A stretch of 64,000 nucleotides of DNA from NCBI GenBank assembly GCA_018222825.1, contig JAAEZO010000002.1:7472-71471 (forward strand). Direction: 5' to 3'. The position numbers and the translations under genes were made by a program. Shown here piece by piece: positions 49,311-59,447 of this stretch. Source of the DNA: Gammaproteobacteria bacterium. Its GTDB lineage: Bacteria; Pseudomonadota; Gammaproteobacteria; Enterobacterales; Aeromonadaceae. The notes under the pieces are model-generated. The model saw only the letters and a program-made list of their open reading frames with translations, had not been told where the DNA came from and searched no databases. The first letter of the stretch is position 1, and each line of letters begins with the position of its first letter.

Positions 49311-49342
49311 AAGTAAAAGCGTTTTCACGCCAGACCCGAGTT

Positions 49343-49369
49343 CGTCTCCCCCGCGAAGGCGGGGTCCAT
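49343..49369. repeat. Single arm of the REP-like element seen at 834-934
   Basis: CGTCTCCCCCGCGAAGGCGGGGTCCAT. Confidence 0.6.
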
Positions 49370-49413
49370 GGGGCAATACGTCTTCCAGTACCCGACAGGC
49401 ACCGCACGGATAA

Positions 49414-50721
49414 TTGACAGTGACCACAACCAACTACCGCCAGAGCTGGCGAATGCTGAGCCCGGCGGCCCGCCTGCTGGTGTGCAACGGCCTGTTCTTC
49501 AACCTCGCCTTCTACATGACCCTGCCCTATCTGGCCTTTCACCTGGGAGGCAATTTGGGGCTGACCGGCTGGGCCATCGGTCTGGTAATGGGCATGCGGG
49601 TGTTCAGCCAGCAGGGCCTGTTCCTGCTGGGTGGCGCCCTGGGCGACCGGCTGGGCTACCGGCCCGCCATCGTGCTGGGTTGCCTGGTCCGCAGCCTGGG
49701 CTTTGCCCTGCTCGGCTGGGCCGGGGATCTGCCGCTGCTGCTGCTGGCCGCCTTTCTCACCGGCTTTGCCGGCGCCCTCTTCACCCCCTGCGCTCAGGCC
49801 TATCTGGCGTCGGAATGCCTGGACAGCCGCCAGCGCCAGCAGGCCTTTGCCCTGCACAACCTGGCCAGCCAGCTCGGGCTGCTGCTGGGCCCCCTGGTCG
49901 GCATGCTGCTCACCGACATCGACTTTGTGGTGACCGGTCTGGTGTCCGGCGGCATCTTCCTGCTATTGACCGCCCTGCAGTGGCGACTGCTGCCCCCCAG
50001 CCCCAGCCACGTTCGGGAGCGTCCGCCCGTCTGGAGCGAACAATGGCGGGACTTAATCGGCAACGGTCCTTTCCTGCGCTTTACCCTGCTGGCCGCCGCC
50101 TACCAGTTACTGTTCCACCAGCTTTACCTGGCCGTGCCCGCCTATATCAACAGCCAGCAGCAGGACACCGGGTTGCTGAGCGGCGTGTTCACCCTCACCG
50201 CCATCATCGGGGTGGTACTGCAGCTGCCCGCCAGCCAGTTGGTGCAGCGGCACCTGGGCATGGCACGGGGCATGGGGTTGGGCCTCGGGCTGATGGGCGC
50301 CAGCTACCTCGCCCTGCCCTGGCTGCAGCCCTGGCCGGTAGCCGCCAGCCTGATGCAGGCCGCCTGCCTGTCGCTGGGCTCCATCCTCTGCTTTCCGCTC
50401 TTTGCCGCCCACCTGCCCCACTACGCCGGCAACCGGCCGCTGGGCGGCTATTACGGCTTTTACGCAAGCCTGGGTGGTTGCGTGGCCCTGATCGCCAACG
50501 TGCTGATCGGCGGCCTGCTGGGCGAGGCGGCGGCAACCCCGCCCGCCGCCATCTGGTACGGCCTGGCGCTGTGCGGCATGGTCGCGGGCTGGGCCCTGTA
50601 CCGGCAGCTACGGCGGGAAGAACTCGAAAGCCCTGCGGACGAGCCGCCTGCGGCTGAATTACCTCAGGAATGCCCGGCACCGGTTTTAGCAGAGCAGCGC
50701 AGTGGCAGGCGTAACCATTGA
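49414..50721 (+). CDS. MFS transporter
   Basis: GGALGDRLGYRP motif A and about 12 TM segments; exact start uncertain. Confidence 0.85.
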   Translation: MTVTTTNYRQSWRMLSPAARLLVCNGLFFNLAFYMTLPYLAFHLGGNLGLTGWAIGLVMGMRVFSQQGLFLLGGALGDRLGYRPAIVLGCLVRSLGFALLGWAGDLPLLLLAAFLTGFAGALFTPCAQAYLASECLDSRQRQQAFALHNLASQLGLLLGPLVGMLLTDIDFVVTGLVSGGIFLLLTALQWRLLPPSPSHVRERPPVWSEQWRDLIGNGPFLRFTLLAAAYQLLFHQLYLAVPAYINSQQQDTGLLSGVFTLTAIIGVVLQLPASQLVQRHLGMARGMGLGLGLMGASYLALPWLQPWPVAASLMQAACLSLGSILCFPLFAAHLPHYAGNRPLGGYYGFYASLGGCVALIANVLIGGLLGEAAATPPAAIWYGLALCGMVAGWALYRQLRREELESPADEPPAAELPQECPAPVLAEQRSGRRNH

Positions 50722-50890
50722 TCTGCACCGTACATACTAAACCGAAGCAGATGATGTTGCTGCGCACCCCATGCCCGTTCTTTCACCACCGCGCGACACA
50801 GGTACGGCATGTTTTATTTACCGGGGCTTTCATTTATTAATTTAATGTTAATAATGTGACCATTGATTTTAAAAATGATGATGCTTCAGG

Positions 50891-51748
50891 ATGAAGAATC
50901 TGCCCACGGATCTGCTGCGTACCTTTGTGACCATCAATCAGTTAGGGGGCTTTACCCCGGCCGGAGAACGACTGGGCCGCTCGCAGCCCGCCATCAGCCT
51001 GCAGGTAAAGCGGCTGGAAGAACTGCTCGATATTCGCCTGTTTCATCGCGCCAGCGGCCTGCAGCTGACCGAGGAAGGTCAGCTGTTGCTGGGGTATGCC
51101 CAGAAGATGCTGGATTTGAACGATGCGGTGGTATCGCGCCTGAGCTCGCCCAAGGTCAGCGGTTCGGTGCGACTGGGCATTCCCAACGACTTCGAGGTGT
51201 CGTTTCTGGCCACCACCATCGGCCGTTTTTCCCAGGCTTATCCCAATGTGACTCTGGATGTCAGCAGCGACATCAGTGCCAACCTGCTGCAGGACTACGG
51301 CAAGGGCGAATACGACCTGGTGATGGCGATAGAAGAAAGTAATCTTGCCCAGCCGCGGCTGACTGATTACATCATGGAGCCGCTGGTGTGGGTACGCGGC
51401 AACAACCTGATACTGGAGCCGGACGCACCGCTGCCGCTGATCCTCTACCCCAAGGGCTGCCTGTATCGCAAGTCACTCCTCAACGCCCTCACCCAGGCCA
51501 AGCTGCCCTGGCGCATCGTGTACAGCACCTCCAGCCTGCTGGGCATTCACGCCGCCATCAAGGCGGGGCTGGGGATCAGTGTACTGTCCAGAAGCACGGT
51601 ACCCGAGGGGCTGGAAGCCTCTTCCACTTATGCTTCCTGCCCCAACCTTGGCAGCGTTTCGGTCGGGTTCTGTTACGAACCGAACACACTCACCCCCGCC
51701 TCCCGCATGCTGCTCGACTACCTCAAGCACGGGCTCAATGCACTCTGA
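50891..51748 (+). CDS. LysR-family transcriptional regulator
   Basis: LLRTFV...GFTPAGERLGRSQPAISLQVKRLEE HTH. Confidence 0.93.
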   Translation: MKNLPTDLLRTFVTINQLGGFTPAGERLGRSQPAISLQVKRLEELLDIRLFHRASGLQLTEEGQLLLGYAQKMLDLNDAVVSRLSSPKVSGSVRLGIPNDFEVSFLATTIGRFSQAYPNVTLDVSSDISANLLQDYGKGEYDLVMAIEESNLAQPRLTDYIMEPLVWVRGNNLILEPDAPLPLILYPKGCLYRKSLLNALTQAKLPWRIVYSTSSLLGIHAAIKAGLGISVLSRSTVPEGLEASSTYASCPNLGSVSVGFCYEPNTLTPASRMLLDYLKHGLNAL

Positions 51749-51769
51749 GCCCGATAACAGAGGAGTCGG

Positions 51770-53350
51770 TCAGGCACTCAGCCGCTGAGCCCAGAACTGC
51801 CTGAACAATTCGCTGAGGCCGCCGGTCAGCTTGACCACCTCACCGCAGCTCTCGCGGTTGTTCCTCCCGCTGTCCACATGACTGTCGGCCGCCACTCGAA
51901 TGCTGCTGATGCTGCGATTGATCTCTTCGCTGACGTCCCGTTGCTGCTCTGCCGCCGCCGCAATCTGAAGGTTCATCTCGGTGATGTCTTTCACCCGTCG
52001 GCCTATTCCCTCCAGTGCCCCGGCCGCCTGCTGGGCGTGTTCCACACTGCCCTGGGCCTGCTCCCGACTTTTTGCCATGGCGATCACCGCATTCTGGGTG
52101 CCCTGCTGCAATACCGAAATCATTTGCTGAATATTGGCGGTAGACTGCTGGGTACGCCCGGCCAGGTTGCGCACCTCGTCGGCCACCACCGCAAAACCGC
52201 GCCCCTGCTCGCCGGCCCGGGCCGCCTCGATGGCGGCATTCAGCGCCAGCAGATTGGTTTGTTCGGCGATTTCGCGGATCACATCCAGCACCACCGAAAT
52301 CTCGCGACCATGATCCTCCAGCTGATGAATGACCTCGGCCGCCCGCTCGATTTCCTGCTCCAGCGCATGAATGGAAGCACTGGTTTGTGCCACCAGTTGC
52401 CGCCCGCTGTCGGTATCCGCATTGGCTTGCTCGGCAGCCTGTGCCGCCTGCTGCGCGCTGTTGGCTACGTTCTGAATGCTTTGCACCATTTCGTTGATGG
52501 CGGTGGCAATTTGTTCGGTATCAGCCTGCTGACGCTGGGTCAGGCCATCGCTGCTGGTCAGTTCATCCTGCAGGTGACGAGTATGGCCACCCAGGCGCTC
52601 GGCCGCATCTGACAAGCGGCCCAGTACGGCACCGGCTTCGGCCTGGGCCATTTGCAGGGCAAAGTCGATCTGGCCCAGCTCATCCTGACGACCGGTATAG
52701 GCCTGCTGACTCAGCGGATTGTCGGCATAACGTCGAGCCCGATTGGCCAGCCGACGCAAGGGGCGTAATAACGCCATGTTAAGCAGTATTGACGCCGCGC
52801 CGCCCACCAATGCCATCGCCAGCGCGGGGGCCCAGGCCACACCCGACAACGCCGCCAGTGCCAGCACTACCACGGCGAGCAAGCCGCCATTGGCCAGCGC
52901 CAGCCAGCCGCTCAGCCCCAGCCGTGAGGCAGACTGCAGCTTGCCGCTACGCAGTCGTGCATAGAGGCGCTCGGCAGCCTGTACCCGAGCCGGCTCGGCG
53001 CGGGTGCGTACCGACTGAAATTCCACTATCTTGCCGTCACGCTGAATGGGCGTAACGTAGGCATTCACCCAGTAATGATCGCCGTTCTTGCACCGGTTCT
53101 TGACCAGTCCCATCCAGGACTGACCGGTTTTGAGCGTTGCCCACATGTGTTTGAACGCCGTTGCCGGCATATCCGGATGACGGATGATGTTGTGCGGCTG
53201 ATTGAGCAGTTCTTCACGCTCGAAACCACAGATATCGATGAAAGATTGATTGATATAGGTGATATGGCTGTCTGGGGTGGTCGTAGAGAGAATATTGACT
53301 CCCTCCGGCAATTCGATGTTGCGCCCACTCACGGGCTGATTATTTCTCAT
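51770..53350 (-). CDS. PAS-domain methyl-accepting chemotaxis protein (Aer-like)
   Basis: MRNNQPV...[11 protein letters not shown]...[16 protein letters not shown] domain; signalling domain [34 protein letters not shown]. Confidence 0.93.
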   Translation of the reverse strand: MRNNQPVSGRNIELPEGVNILSTTTPDSHITYINQSFIDICGFEREELLNQPHNIIRHPDMPATAFKHMWATLKTGQSWMGLVKNRCKNGDHYWVNAYVTPIQRDGKIVEFQSVRTRAEPARVQAAERLYARLRSGKLQSASRLGLSGWLALANGGLLAVVVLALAALSGVAWAPALAMALVGGAASILLNMALLRPLRRLANRARRYADNPLSQQAYTGRQDELGQIDFALQMAQAEAGAVLGRLSDAAERLGGHTRHLQDELTSSDGLTQRQQADTEQIATAINEMVQSIQNVANSAQQAAQAAEQANADTDSGRQLVAQTSASIHALEQEIERAAEVIHQLEDHGREISVVLDVIREIAEQTNLLALNAAIEAARAGEQGRGFAVVADEVRNLAGRTQQSTANIQQMISVLQQGTQNAVIAMAKSREQAQGSVEHAQQAAGALEGIGRRVKDITEMNLQIAAAAEQQRDVSEEINRSISSIRVAADSHVDSGRNNRESCGEVVKLTGGLSELFRQFWAQRLSA

Positions 53351-53599
53351 TACATCTTCCTGATTAATGACCGTTTCGCTTCCCTGCCGCCTGACCGGTG
53401 TATCGCTTTTTTGTACTTCTGGCCGACATCACCTATATCCATATACTACTTAAGGATAATATCCACAGAAGTGTTACGGTTTTGTGAACTTGCCAGAAGA
53501 AATAGTCTTCAAACAACTCCCTTTTTTGTCATCTCGAGCTGCGGTGTTTGCATGTCATCCCCTCGTAAACGGTATCCATTGGCCCTGTTTTTCATCAAC

Positions 53600-53624
53600 A
53601 AAAAAGCCCGGATAATCCGGGCTT
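53600..53624 (-). terminator. Terminator after the symporter
   Basis: AAAAAAGCCCGG-ataat-CCGGGCTT. Confidence 0.8.
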
Positions 53625-53644
53625 GAATTCGAGAGCAACATGAT

Positions 53645-55111
53645 TCAGCTTGCACGAGCCAGCGCTGCGGAGGTCGCCCCCTGGGTCAGCTTGCTGATCG
53701 CAACATAGACGGTGGCAGAGGCCAGGCAACCGTAGAGCGGCCCTTCCACCCAGCCCACATCGGTAAACAGCAGGAAGCTGCCGCTGGTGACCAGGCCGGT
53801 GAACATGGCAGCCAGGGCACCCCAGGCGTTGCCCTGCCAGAAGGAAGAGATAAACACCGGACCTATCATTACCGCCAGCAGGGTGCCGGAGCCCAGAATA
53901 CCCAACCAGGACAGCATGAACGGCGGGGCAAACAGCATCATCAGAAAGCCGACGAAGCCGAGAATCGCCACCCAGCTGCGATTGATCCACAGAATGCGCT
54001 CGTTGCTGGCGCCACTGCGGGGAAACAGCGCGGTGCGCAGGTCATGCGACGCAGCACTCGACACCGTATGCAGCAGCGAATTGGCGGTCGACTTCATGGC
54101 GAACAGAATAAACAGGGTGATCACCCCGGCCAGCGCCGGATGCAGGAAGGTCGCCAGATACACCGGCATGGCCTGATCCGAGTCGGCCAGTTCGGGATGC
54201 GCGATGCGCACATACATGCCGATAATCGGCACCAGACTCAGCAAACAGCCCATGGGCGCCACCCAGATCGCCACCTGATGCATCTTCACCGTCGGTTTGA
54301 AGGCCAGGAAGCGCACCGCCATATAAGGCAGTACCGCGGTAAACAGAAAGGCGTAGGGCAGCACCAGGAACACCGAGCCCTTGCTCTCACCATAAGGCGC
54401 CGCGGTGGTCGGGTTAAGCAGCTCCGTATCAACCGCGTTCAGCCGCTCGACAAAATCGGTCAGGCTGACATCGGTGAACACCTGCACCATCATCACGATG
54501 GCACCAATCCCCATGCCTACCACCATCAGGGTGTCGGTCCAGGCCACCGCTGCCAGCCCGCCCAGCATGGTGTAAAGAATGATTACCGAGATCATCAGCA
54601 ACGCGCTTTCGCTCAGGCTGATGCCCAACCAGGAAGCACCCAGCAAGCCGACCGCCTTGATCTGACTAGTGAGGAACACCAGCAGCAGCACTATGGTTAT
54701 GACGGCGGCAACGCCCTTGACCCAGCGCTCAAGCAGCGAACCGCCACCGTGCACCTGAGACACATATTCGGGGATGGTACAGCTGCCCAGCTCTTCGGCC
54801 CGTTTGCGCAGAAAGTGGGCAAAGTACAGCACCGCTATCACCATGGCCGGCGCAAAGAAAAAGTTGCCCAGCACTTCCACCGAGCCAAACTCGTAGGCCA
54901 CTCCCGGCGAGCCCATAAAGCCCCAGCCGCTGAAACCGGTGGCCACTATAGTACCGGCGCCCACAAAGGGCCCCAGGCTGCGCCCCGCCACCAGAAAGCC
55001 GGCGGCATCACTGTCTTTGAGCGTCCGGCTCGACAAATAGCCAATCAGGATCAGAATGGCAAAAGACCCCAATAGCAGGCCCCAGTTCAACCATTGATAA
55101 TTTTCCATCAT
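53645..55111 (-). CDS. Sodium:solute symporter (SSS) family, putative creatine/creatinine uptake
   Basis: FLVAGRSLG, SGWGFMGSPG and YTMLGGLAAVAWTD motifs; substrate inferred only from the adjacent creatinase. Confidence 0.88.
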   Translation of the reverse strand: MMENYQWLNWGLLLGSFAILILIGYLSSRTLKDSDAAGFLVAGRSLGPFVGAGTIVATGFSGWGFMGSPGVAYEFGSVEVLGNFFFAPAMVIAVLYFAHFLRKRAEELGSCTIPEYVSQVHGGGSLLERWVKGVAAVITIVLLLVFLTSQIKAVGLLGASWLGISLSESALLMISVIILYTMLGGLAAVAWTDTLMVVGMGIGAIVMMVQVFTDVSLTDFVERLNAVDTELLNPTTAAPYGESKGSVFLVLPYAFLFTAVLPYMAVRFLAFKPTVKMHQVAIWVAPMGCLLSLVPIIGMYVRIAHPELADSDQAMPVYLATFLHPALAGVITLFILFAMKSTANSLLHTVSSAASHDLRTALFPRSGASNERILWINRSWVAILGFVGFLMMLFAPPFMLSWLGILGSGTLLAVMIGPVFISSFWQGNAWGALAAMFTGLVTSGSFLLFTDVGWVEGPLYGCLASATVYVAISKLTQGATSAALARAS

Positions 55112-55157
55112 AAATTCCCTTTAACTCATATTTATTCGACAAAACGAAGCGCCGCGT

Positions 55158-55277
55158 TCAGTTCTCATGGCGTTGCTTGCGAATGAACTGTCGATAACCG
55201 TAGGCCAGTACAGCCCAAGCCAGAATGAGGCCATTCAAATAGACGAACCATTCCATGGTCCAGGATTGAGACAACAT
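55158..55277 (-). CDS. Unannotated 39-aa single-TM protein preceding the symporter
   Basis: AGAGGT RBS, then MLSQSWTMEWFVYLNGLILAWAVLAYGYRQFIRKQRHEN*. Confidence 0.65.
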   Translation of the reverse strand: MLSQSWTMEWFVYLNGLILAWAVLAYGYRQFIRKQRHEN

Positions 55278-55481
55278 AATTTCTACCTCTTTGAGCGACG
55301 TGTATTCACGCTGGTTGCACTTTCCCTGATTCCACCGGCAGATGCCGGCCTCACCAGAAGTAGTCTGGTAATAACGAGTCTCTCTTTATTACCAAGGTAA
55401 GGGGTTAGCACTATGAGCCGCTTTCCATCGGCGAGTGCCAGTTACAACAGGGGCCCGCCTGAATCGGCGAGCCCCCATTAA

Positions 55482-56693
55482 TCAGCCCTTGATGATGTTG
55501 TGCTCGGGACCGAACGGGAAGCGGGTAATGTTCTCTACCCCGCTGTCGCTGATCACCAGAATATCGTGTTCACGATAACCACCGGCACCCGGCATGCCTT
55601 CCGGCAGCATGATCATCGGCTCCATCGACACCACCATGCCCGGCTCCAGTACCGTTTCGATATCTTCACGCAGTTCCAGCCCGGCTTCGCGGCCGTAGTA
55701 GTGGCTGAGGGTACCGAAGGAATGGCCGTAACCGAAGGTGCGGTATTGCAGCGCATCCTGCTCGGCGAAAATCTCGTTCAGCTCGTGGGCGATGTCGCAG
55801 CAGCGGCTGCCGGCCTTGATCAGCTCCAGACCACGGCGATGCACCTTGCAGTTCAGTTCCCACAGCTCCAGGTGACGGTCGGAAACGTGTTCGCTGAACA
55901 GGGTTCGTTCCAGCGCCGTATAGTAGCCGCCGATCATCGGAAAGGTGTTCAGGCTGAGGATGTCGCCGGCTTCAATCTTGCGGCTGGTCACCGGGTTGTG
56001 GGCGCCGTCGGTATTGATGCCGGACTGGAACCAGACCCAGGTATCCATCAGCTCGCCGTGGGGGAAGGTTTTGGCAATTTCGCGCACCATGGCCTGGGTA
56101 CCGGCCAGCGCCACTTCGTATTCCGGCACGCCCACGCCGATGGCATCACGAATGGCGGCGCCACCCACATCGGCCACCCGAGCACCCTGCTTGATCAGCG
56201 CGATTTCTTCCGCCGACTTGAACATGCGCATTTTCATGGTGGGCACGCCGATGTCCACAAACTCGGCTTCCGGCAGTGCGGCCTTGAGCTTGTCCAGGGT
56301 CTGCAGGTTAATGTGGTCAAACTCCACCCCAACCCGGCGGGCACCGCCGATCAGCGACTTGACCGCATAGAAGAAGTTGTCTTTCTGCCAGTCGGTGTAC
56401 ACCAGGTTGTCGCCCAGGGCGTTGCGACGGTAAGGCTGGCCGCCGTCGATGTTGGCGGTAATGGTGGTGTGAATGTGCTGGGTCACGGCCAGGCCGTAGT
56501 CCCGGCCGAAGCGGCAATAGACGAAGTCACTGAAGTAGTTGATGTTGTGATAAGAGGTAAACAGCACGGCGTCGACGTCGTTGGCAGCCATGTAGCTGCG
56601 CAGTTTGGACTGACGTGAGACCATTTCTTCCGTGGAAAACATGCCCCGGACTTTTTCGCCGTTGGGAATATTCAGGGTCTGTGGCATTTGCAT
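55482..56693 (-). CDS. Creatinase (creatine amidinohydrolase, M24 fold)
   Basis: 403 aa; FTSYHNINY, WFQSGINTDGAHN, GYGHSFG, HYYGREAGLELRED and GGYREHD motifs. Confidence 0.93.
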   Translation of the reverse strand: MQMPQTLNIPNGEKVRGMFSTEEMVSRQSKLRSYMAANDVDAVLFTSYHNINYFSDFVYCRFGRDYGLAVTQHIHTTITANIDGGQPYRRNALGDNLVYTDWQKDNFFYAVKSLIGGARRVGVEFDHINLQTLDKLKAALPEAEFVDIGVPTMKMRMFKSAEEIALIKQGARVADVGGAAIRDAIGVGVPEYEVALAGTQAMVREIAKTFPHGELMDTWVWFQSGINTDGAHNPVTSRKIEAGDILSLNTFPMIGGYYTALERTLFSEHVSDRHLELWELNCKVHRRGLELIKAGSRCCDIAHELNEIFAEQDALQYRTFGYGHSFGTLSHYYGREAGLELREDIETVLEPGMVVSMEPMIMLPEGMPGAGGYREHDILVISDSGVENITRFPFGPEHNIIKG

Positions 56694-56818
56694 GATAAGG
56701 CTTCCTTCCTCTATGACGGTAACAGGGTTGAGTGCGCCGCTGAAACAACCGAACCCAGCGCATGAGCTGATACTAGGTTCGGCCTTGTCATAATAGAAAT
56801 GAATACTTTAAATCATGT

Positions 56819-56835
56819 CATTAGTTATGTTAATG
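56819..56835. promoter_or_regulatory. Candidate LysR T-N11-A operator upstream of creatinase
   Basis: CATTA-gttatgt-TAATG palindrome. Confidence 0.5.
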
Positions 56836-56852
56836 CAGTGTTATTCGTGAGA

Positions 56853-57236
56853 TTAAGCCGCCAACAAGGCGTCAAGCAACACCAGGCCCCAGGTCAGCCC
56901 CATCAATAGCAGGGTCAGCAGTACCGCCGCCGAGCCGATGTCTTTGGCCCGCCCCGACAGCTCGTGATGCTCGGGCCCGATGCGATCCACCACCGCCTCT
57001 ATCGCCGAATTGAGCAGTTCCACTATCGGCACCAGCATCAGGCTGCCAATCAGCAATATGGTTTCCACCAGCCCCGGGTTCCAGATCAGCGCCACCGGCA
57101 GCAGCACCGCCACCAGCCAGCATTCCTGACGAAACGCCGCTTCATGACGATAGGCGCTTTTCAGCCCCTGTAACGAATAGCCAAGGGCCGCAATGATACG
57201 CGCCAGCCCTGTTTTTCCTGGTTTCATAAACGCCAT
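56853..57236 (-). CDS. dgkA: Diacylglycerol kinase
   Basis: EAAFRQE, VELLNSAIEAVVDR and HELSGRAKDIGSAAV motifs. Confidence 0.95.
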   Translation of the reverse strand: MAFMKPGKTGLARIIAALGYSLQGLKSAYRHEAAFRQECWLVAVLLPVALIWNPGLVETILLIGSLMLVPIVELLNSAIEAVVDRIGPEHHELSGRAKDIGSAAVLLTLLLMGLTWGLVLLDALLAA

Positions 57237-57293
57237 TCCGTTTGTGTTGGATAAATTTTGCGTCCGCTGAACGATGCCCGTGTTCGGCCGTCG

Positions 57294-59285
57294 TTATTCG
57301 GCTCGCGTTGTTGCCACCGGGACCTGAGCCAGCGCCTGTTCCGGTTCCGGCAATCGATAAAGGCCGCGATTATACGCCATGCTGCCCCATAAGGCGTAGG
57401 CCCTGGCGGTTTGCAACAGCGCCGGATCGAGGGAGGCCGAACTCAGTTGCTGAGTGTCGAACGAGTAGCTGAATTCCAGCGCCTCTTTTTCTGGCTGCAG
57501 CACCACCATTTGTTCGCCGTCGAGCAGGGCAAAGTTCTTGTCGAACTGCATCATTACCCGACCGGGGGCGTCGGCGGGCAGTCGGGTCAAATCCCGGCCC
57601 AGCATGGGGTTGTCACTGTCGATGCCCATCAGCGACAACAACGTCGGCGCCAGATCAATCTGGCTGACCAGCCGGGTATCTCGCTGCGGGGCTATGCCCT
57701 GCCCCAGGATCAGGCCCGGCACTCGAAAATTCTTCACCGGCACCAGCTCGGGGCCGTACACCCGGGAGTCGTGATCGGCCACCACCAGAAACAGGGTATC
57801 CTGCCAGTAATCGGACTGCTGTGCCTGCTCGAAGAAACGTCCCAGCGCATAGTCGGCATATTTGGCGGCATTATTGCGGGTCTGTTTCGGCTGTTCATAC
57901 AACTCGATACGATTATCGGGGAATTCAAATGGGTCGTGATTGCTGGAGCTGAACACCAGGCTGAAAAACGGCTGCTCGCCTTTGGACAAATACTCGAATT
58001 CCTGATGCGCCCGGTTGAACAGATCTTCGTCGCTTACCCCCCAGGAGCCGACAAATTCCGGCTGAGTGTAATCCCGCTGATCGATGATTTTCTCGAAGCC
58101 GTTGCCGAGAAAGAAGCCGGCCATGTTGTCGAAATGGCCCTCGCCGCCGTAAATGAAGCTGGTGCTGTAGTGCTGCTGGCGCAACAACTGGGCGATGGTG
58201 AAAAAGCCGGTCTGGCTCTTGTCCAGTTTCACCACGGCCCGCGCCGGGGTCGGCGTAAAACCGGTGATCACCGCTTCTATGCCCCGCACCGAACGGGTGC
58301 CGGTGGCATAGAGCTGATCGAACATCCAGCCCTGCTGCGCCAGCCTGTCCAGATTTGGGGTCAGCGGCTTGCCGCCCAGCGAGCCGACAAAACGGGCACC
58401 CAGACTCTCTTCCAGAATGATGACCAGATTTTTCGGTTTGCCCCGGTAGCTGGCCTGGTTGTGCGTCAGGGTCGGCAGAGTGGCAGACACAAAGTCGCTC
58501 GCCGGGCGACCACTCGCCTCGCGCAAGGTGGCCAGCAGCTCCTCTTCTTCCATTTTGCCATACAGTGCCGAGGCATTTTCTTCCTTGACCAACTGCTTGA
58601 CTGCAAAGCCGACCGAGTAGGCGGAATTCAGCACCAGCGAGTTCACCAGCGGATCGGTGGAAAAGGCCACCAGGGCCGGGTTCATACCGCGATGCCCCAG
58701 GCTGGAACGCGCGCCCAGCAAGCCGATGGCCAGCACCAGTACCGCCAGCACCGGCCGCCAGTAAAAGCGCGGAAAGCCCAAATCACGACAGACACGTGCC
58801 GAGAAACGCCACAAGCCCCAGGCCGCCAGCGGCAGGATCAAGCCGACCAGCAACAACGCCACAAGGTGCCCCTGCAGCAGCATGCCGAACACTTCTTTGG
58901 GATAAATCAGATATTCCACAAAGAGCCGGTTGGGGCGCAGGTCATAGGTTTCGATAAAGGCCGGGGTCGCCAGCTCCATCAACAGCAGCAACAGACTGCC
59001 GACCACCAGCCAGACTCGCATCAGCCATAACCAGCCACGGCCCAGAGTATTATCGTGGGCCAGCAACATGGTGAACATCATGGGCACGCCAAACAACCAG
59101 CTCAGGGTTGAGACATCGACGCGCAGCCCCTGCAGCAACAGATGCGCCCAGCCGCCGGTATCGGTCACCCGCTCCACCTGCCAGGCCGCCAACCCCAGCC
59201 GGCTCAGACTCAGCAACAGCAGGTTCAACAGCAGGAAGCAGACAAAAGGCCAGGCCGGCCCCAGGGCGCGTTTCATTCGAGTCAT
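57294..59285 (-). CDS. LTA synthase family / sulfatase-like membrane protein
   Basis: N-terminal TM segments; NLVIILEES, ATGTRSVRG, SSSNHDPF and VADHD motifs. Confidence 0.9.
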   Translation of the reverse strand: MTRMKRALGPAWPFVCFLLLNLLLLSLSRLGLAAWQVERVTDTGGWAHLLLQGLRVDVSTLSWLFGVPMMFTMLLAHDNTLGRGWLWLMRVWLVVGSLLLLLMELATPAFIETYDLRPNRLFVEYLIYPKEVFGMLLQGHLVALLLVGLILPLAAWGLWRFSARVCRDLGFPRFYWRPVLAVLVLAIGLLGARSSLGHRGMNPALVAFSTDPLVNSLVLNSAYSVGFAVKQLVKEENASALYGKMEEEELLATLREASGRPASDFVSATLPTLTHNQASYRGKPKNLVIILEESLGARFVGSLGGKPLTPNLDRLAQQGWMFDQLYATGTRSVRGIEAVITGFTPTPARAVVKLDKSQTGFFTIAQLLRQQHYSTSFIYGGEGHFDNMAGFFLGNGFEKIIDQRDYTQPEFVGSWGVSDEDLFNRAHQEFEYLSKGEQPFFSLVFSSSNHDPFEFPDNRIELYEQPKQTRNNAAKYADYALGRFFEQAQQSDYWQDTLFLVVADHDSRVYGPELVPVKNFRVPGLILGQGIAPQRDTRLVSQIDLAPTLLSLMGIDSDNPMLGRDLTRLPADAPGRVMMQFDKNFALLDGEQMVVLQPEKEALEFSYSFDTQQLSSASLDPALLQTARAYALWGSMAYNRGLYRLPEPEQALAQVPVATTRAE

Positions 59286-59338
59286 GTTGATGCCTTCAGC
59301 AAGAAAAAGGGGAACAGCATCATTGTGGTGCAGAACAG

Positions 59339-59354
59339 GTGAAAAAAAGGTCAA
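59339..59354 (-). promoter_or_regulatory. Candidate ColR box for the LTA-synthase/dgkA operon
   Basis: Minus-strand TTGACCTTTTTTTCAC; a near-identical site lies before eptA. Confidence 0.7.
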
Positions 59355-59372
59355 AAGTGCACGCCCAGCATG

Positions 59373-59389
59373 CTTAAGGTTGGCTTAAG
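59373..59389 (+). promoter_or_regulatory. PmrA/BasR-type box upstream of the cytochrome b gene
   Basis: CTTAAG-gttgg-CTTAAG direct repeat followed by a -10-like TACACT at 59400. Confidence 0.65.
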
Positions 59390-59447
59390 TTTGGTCCGTT
59401 ACACTGGTTTTTATTTCAACTCATCCATCGCAACGCTGACGGGAGTC

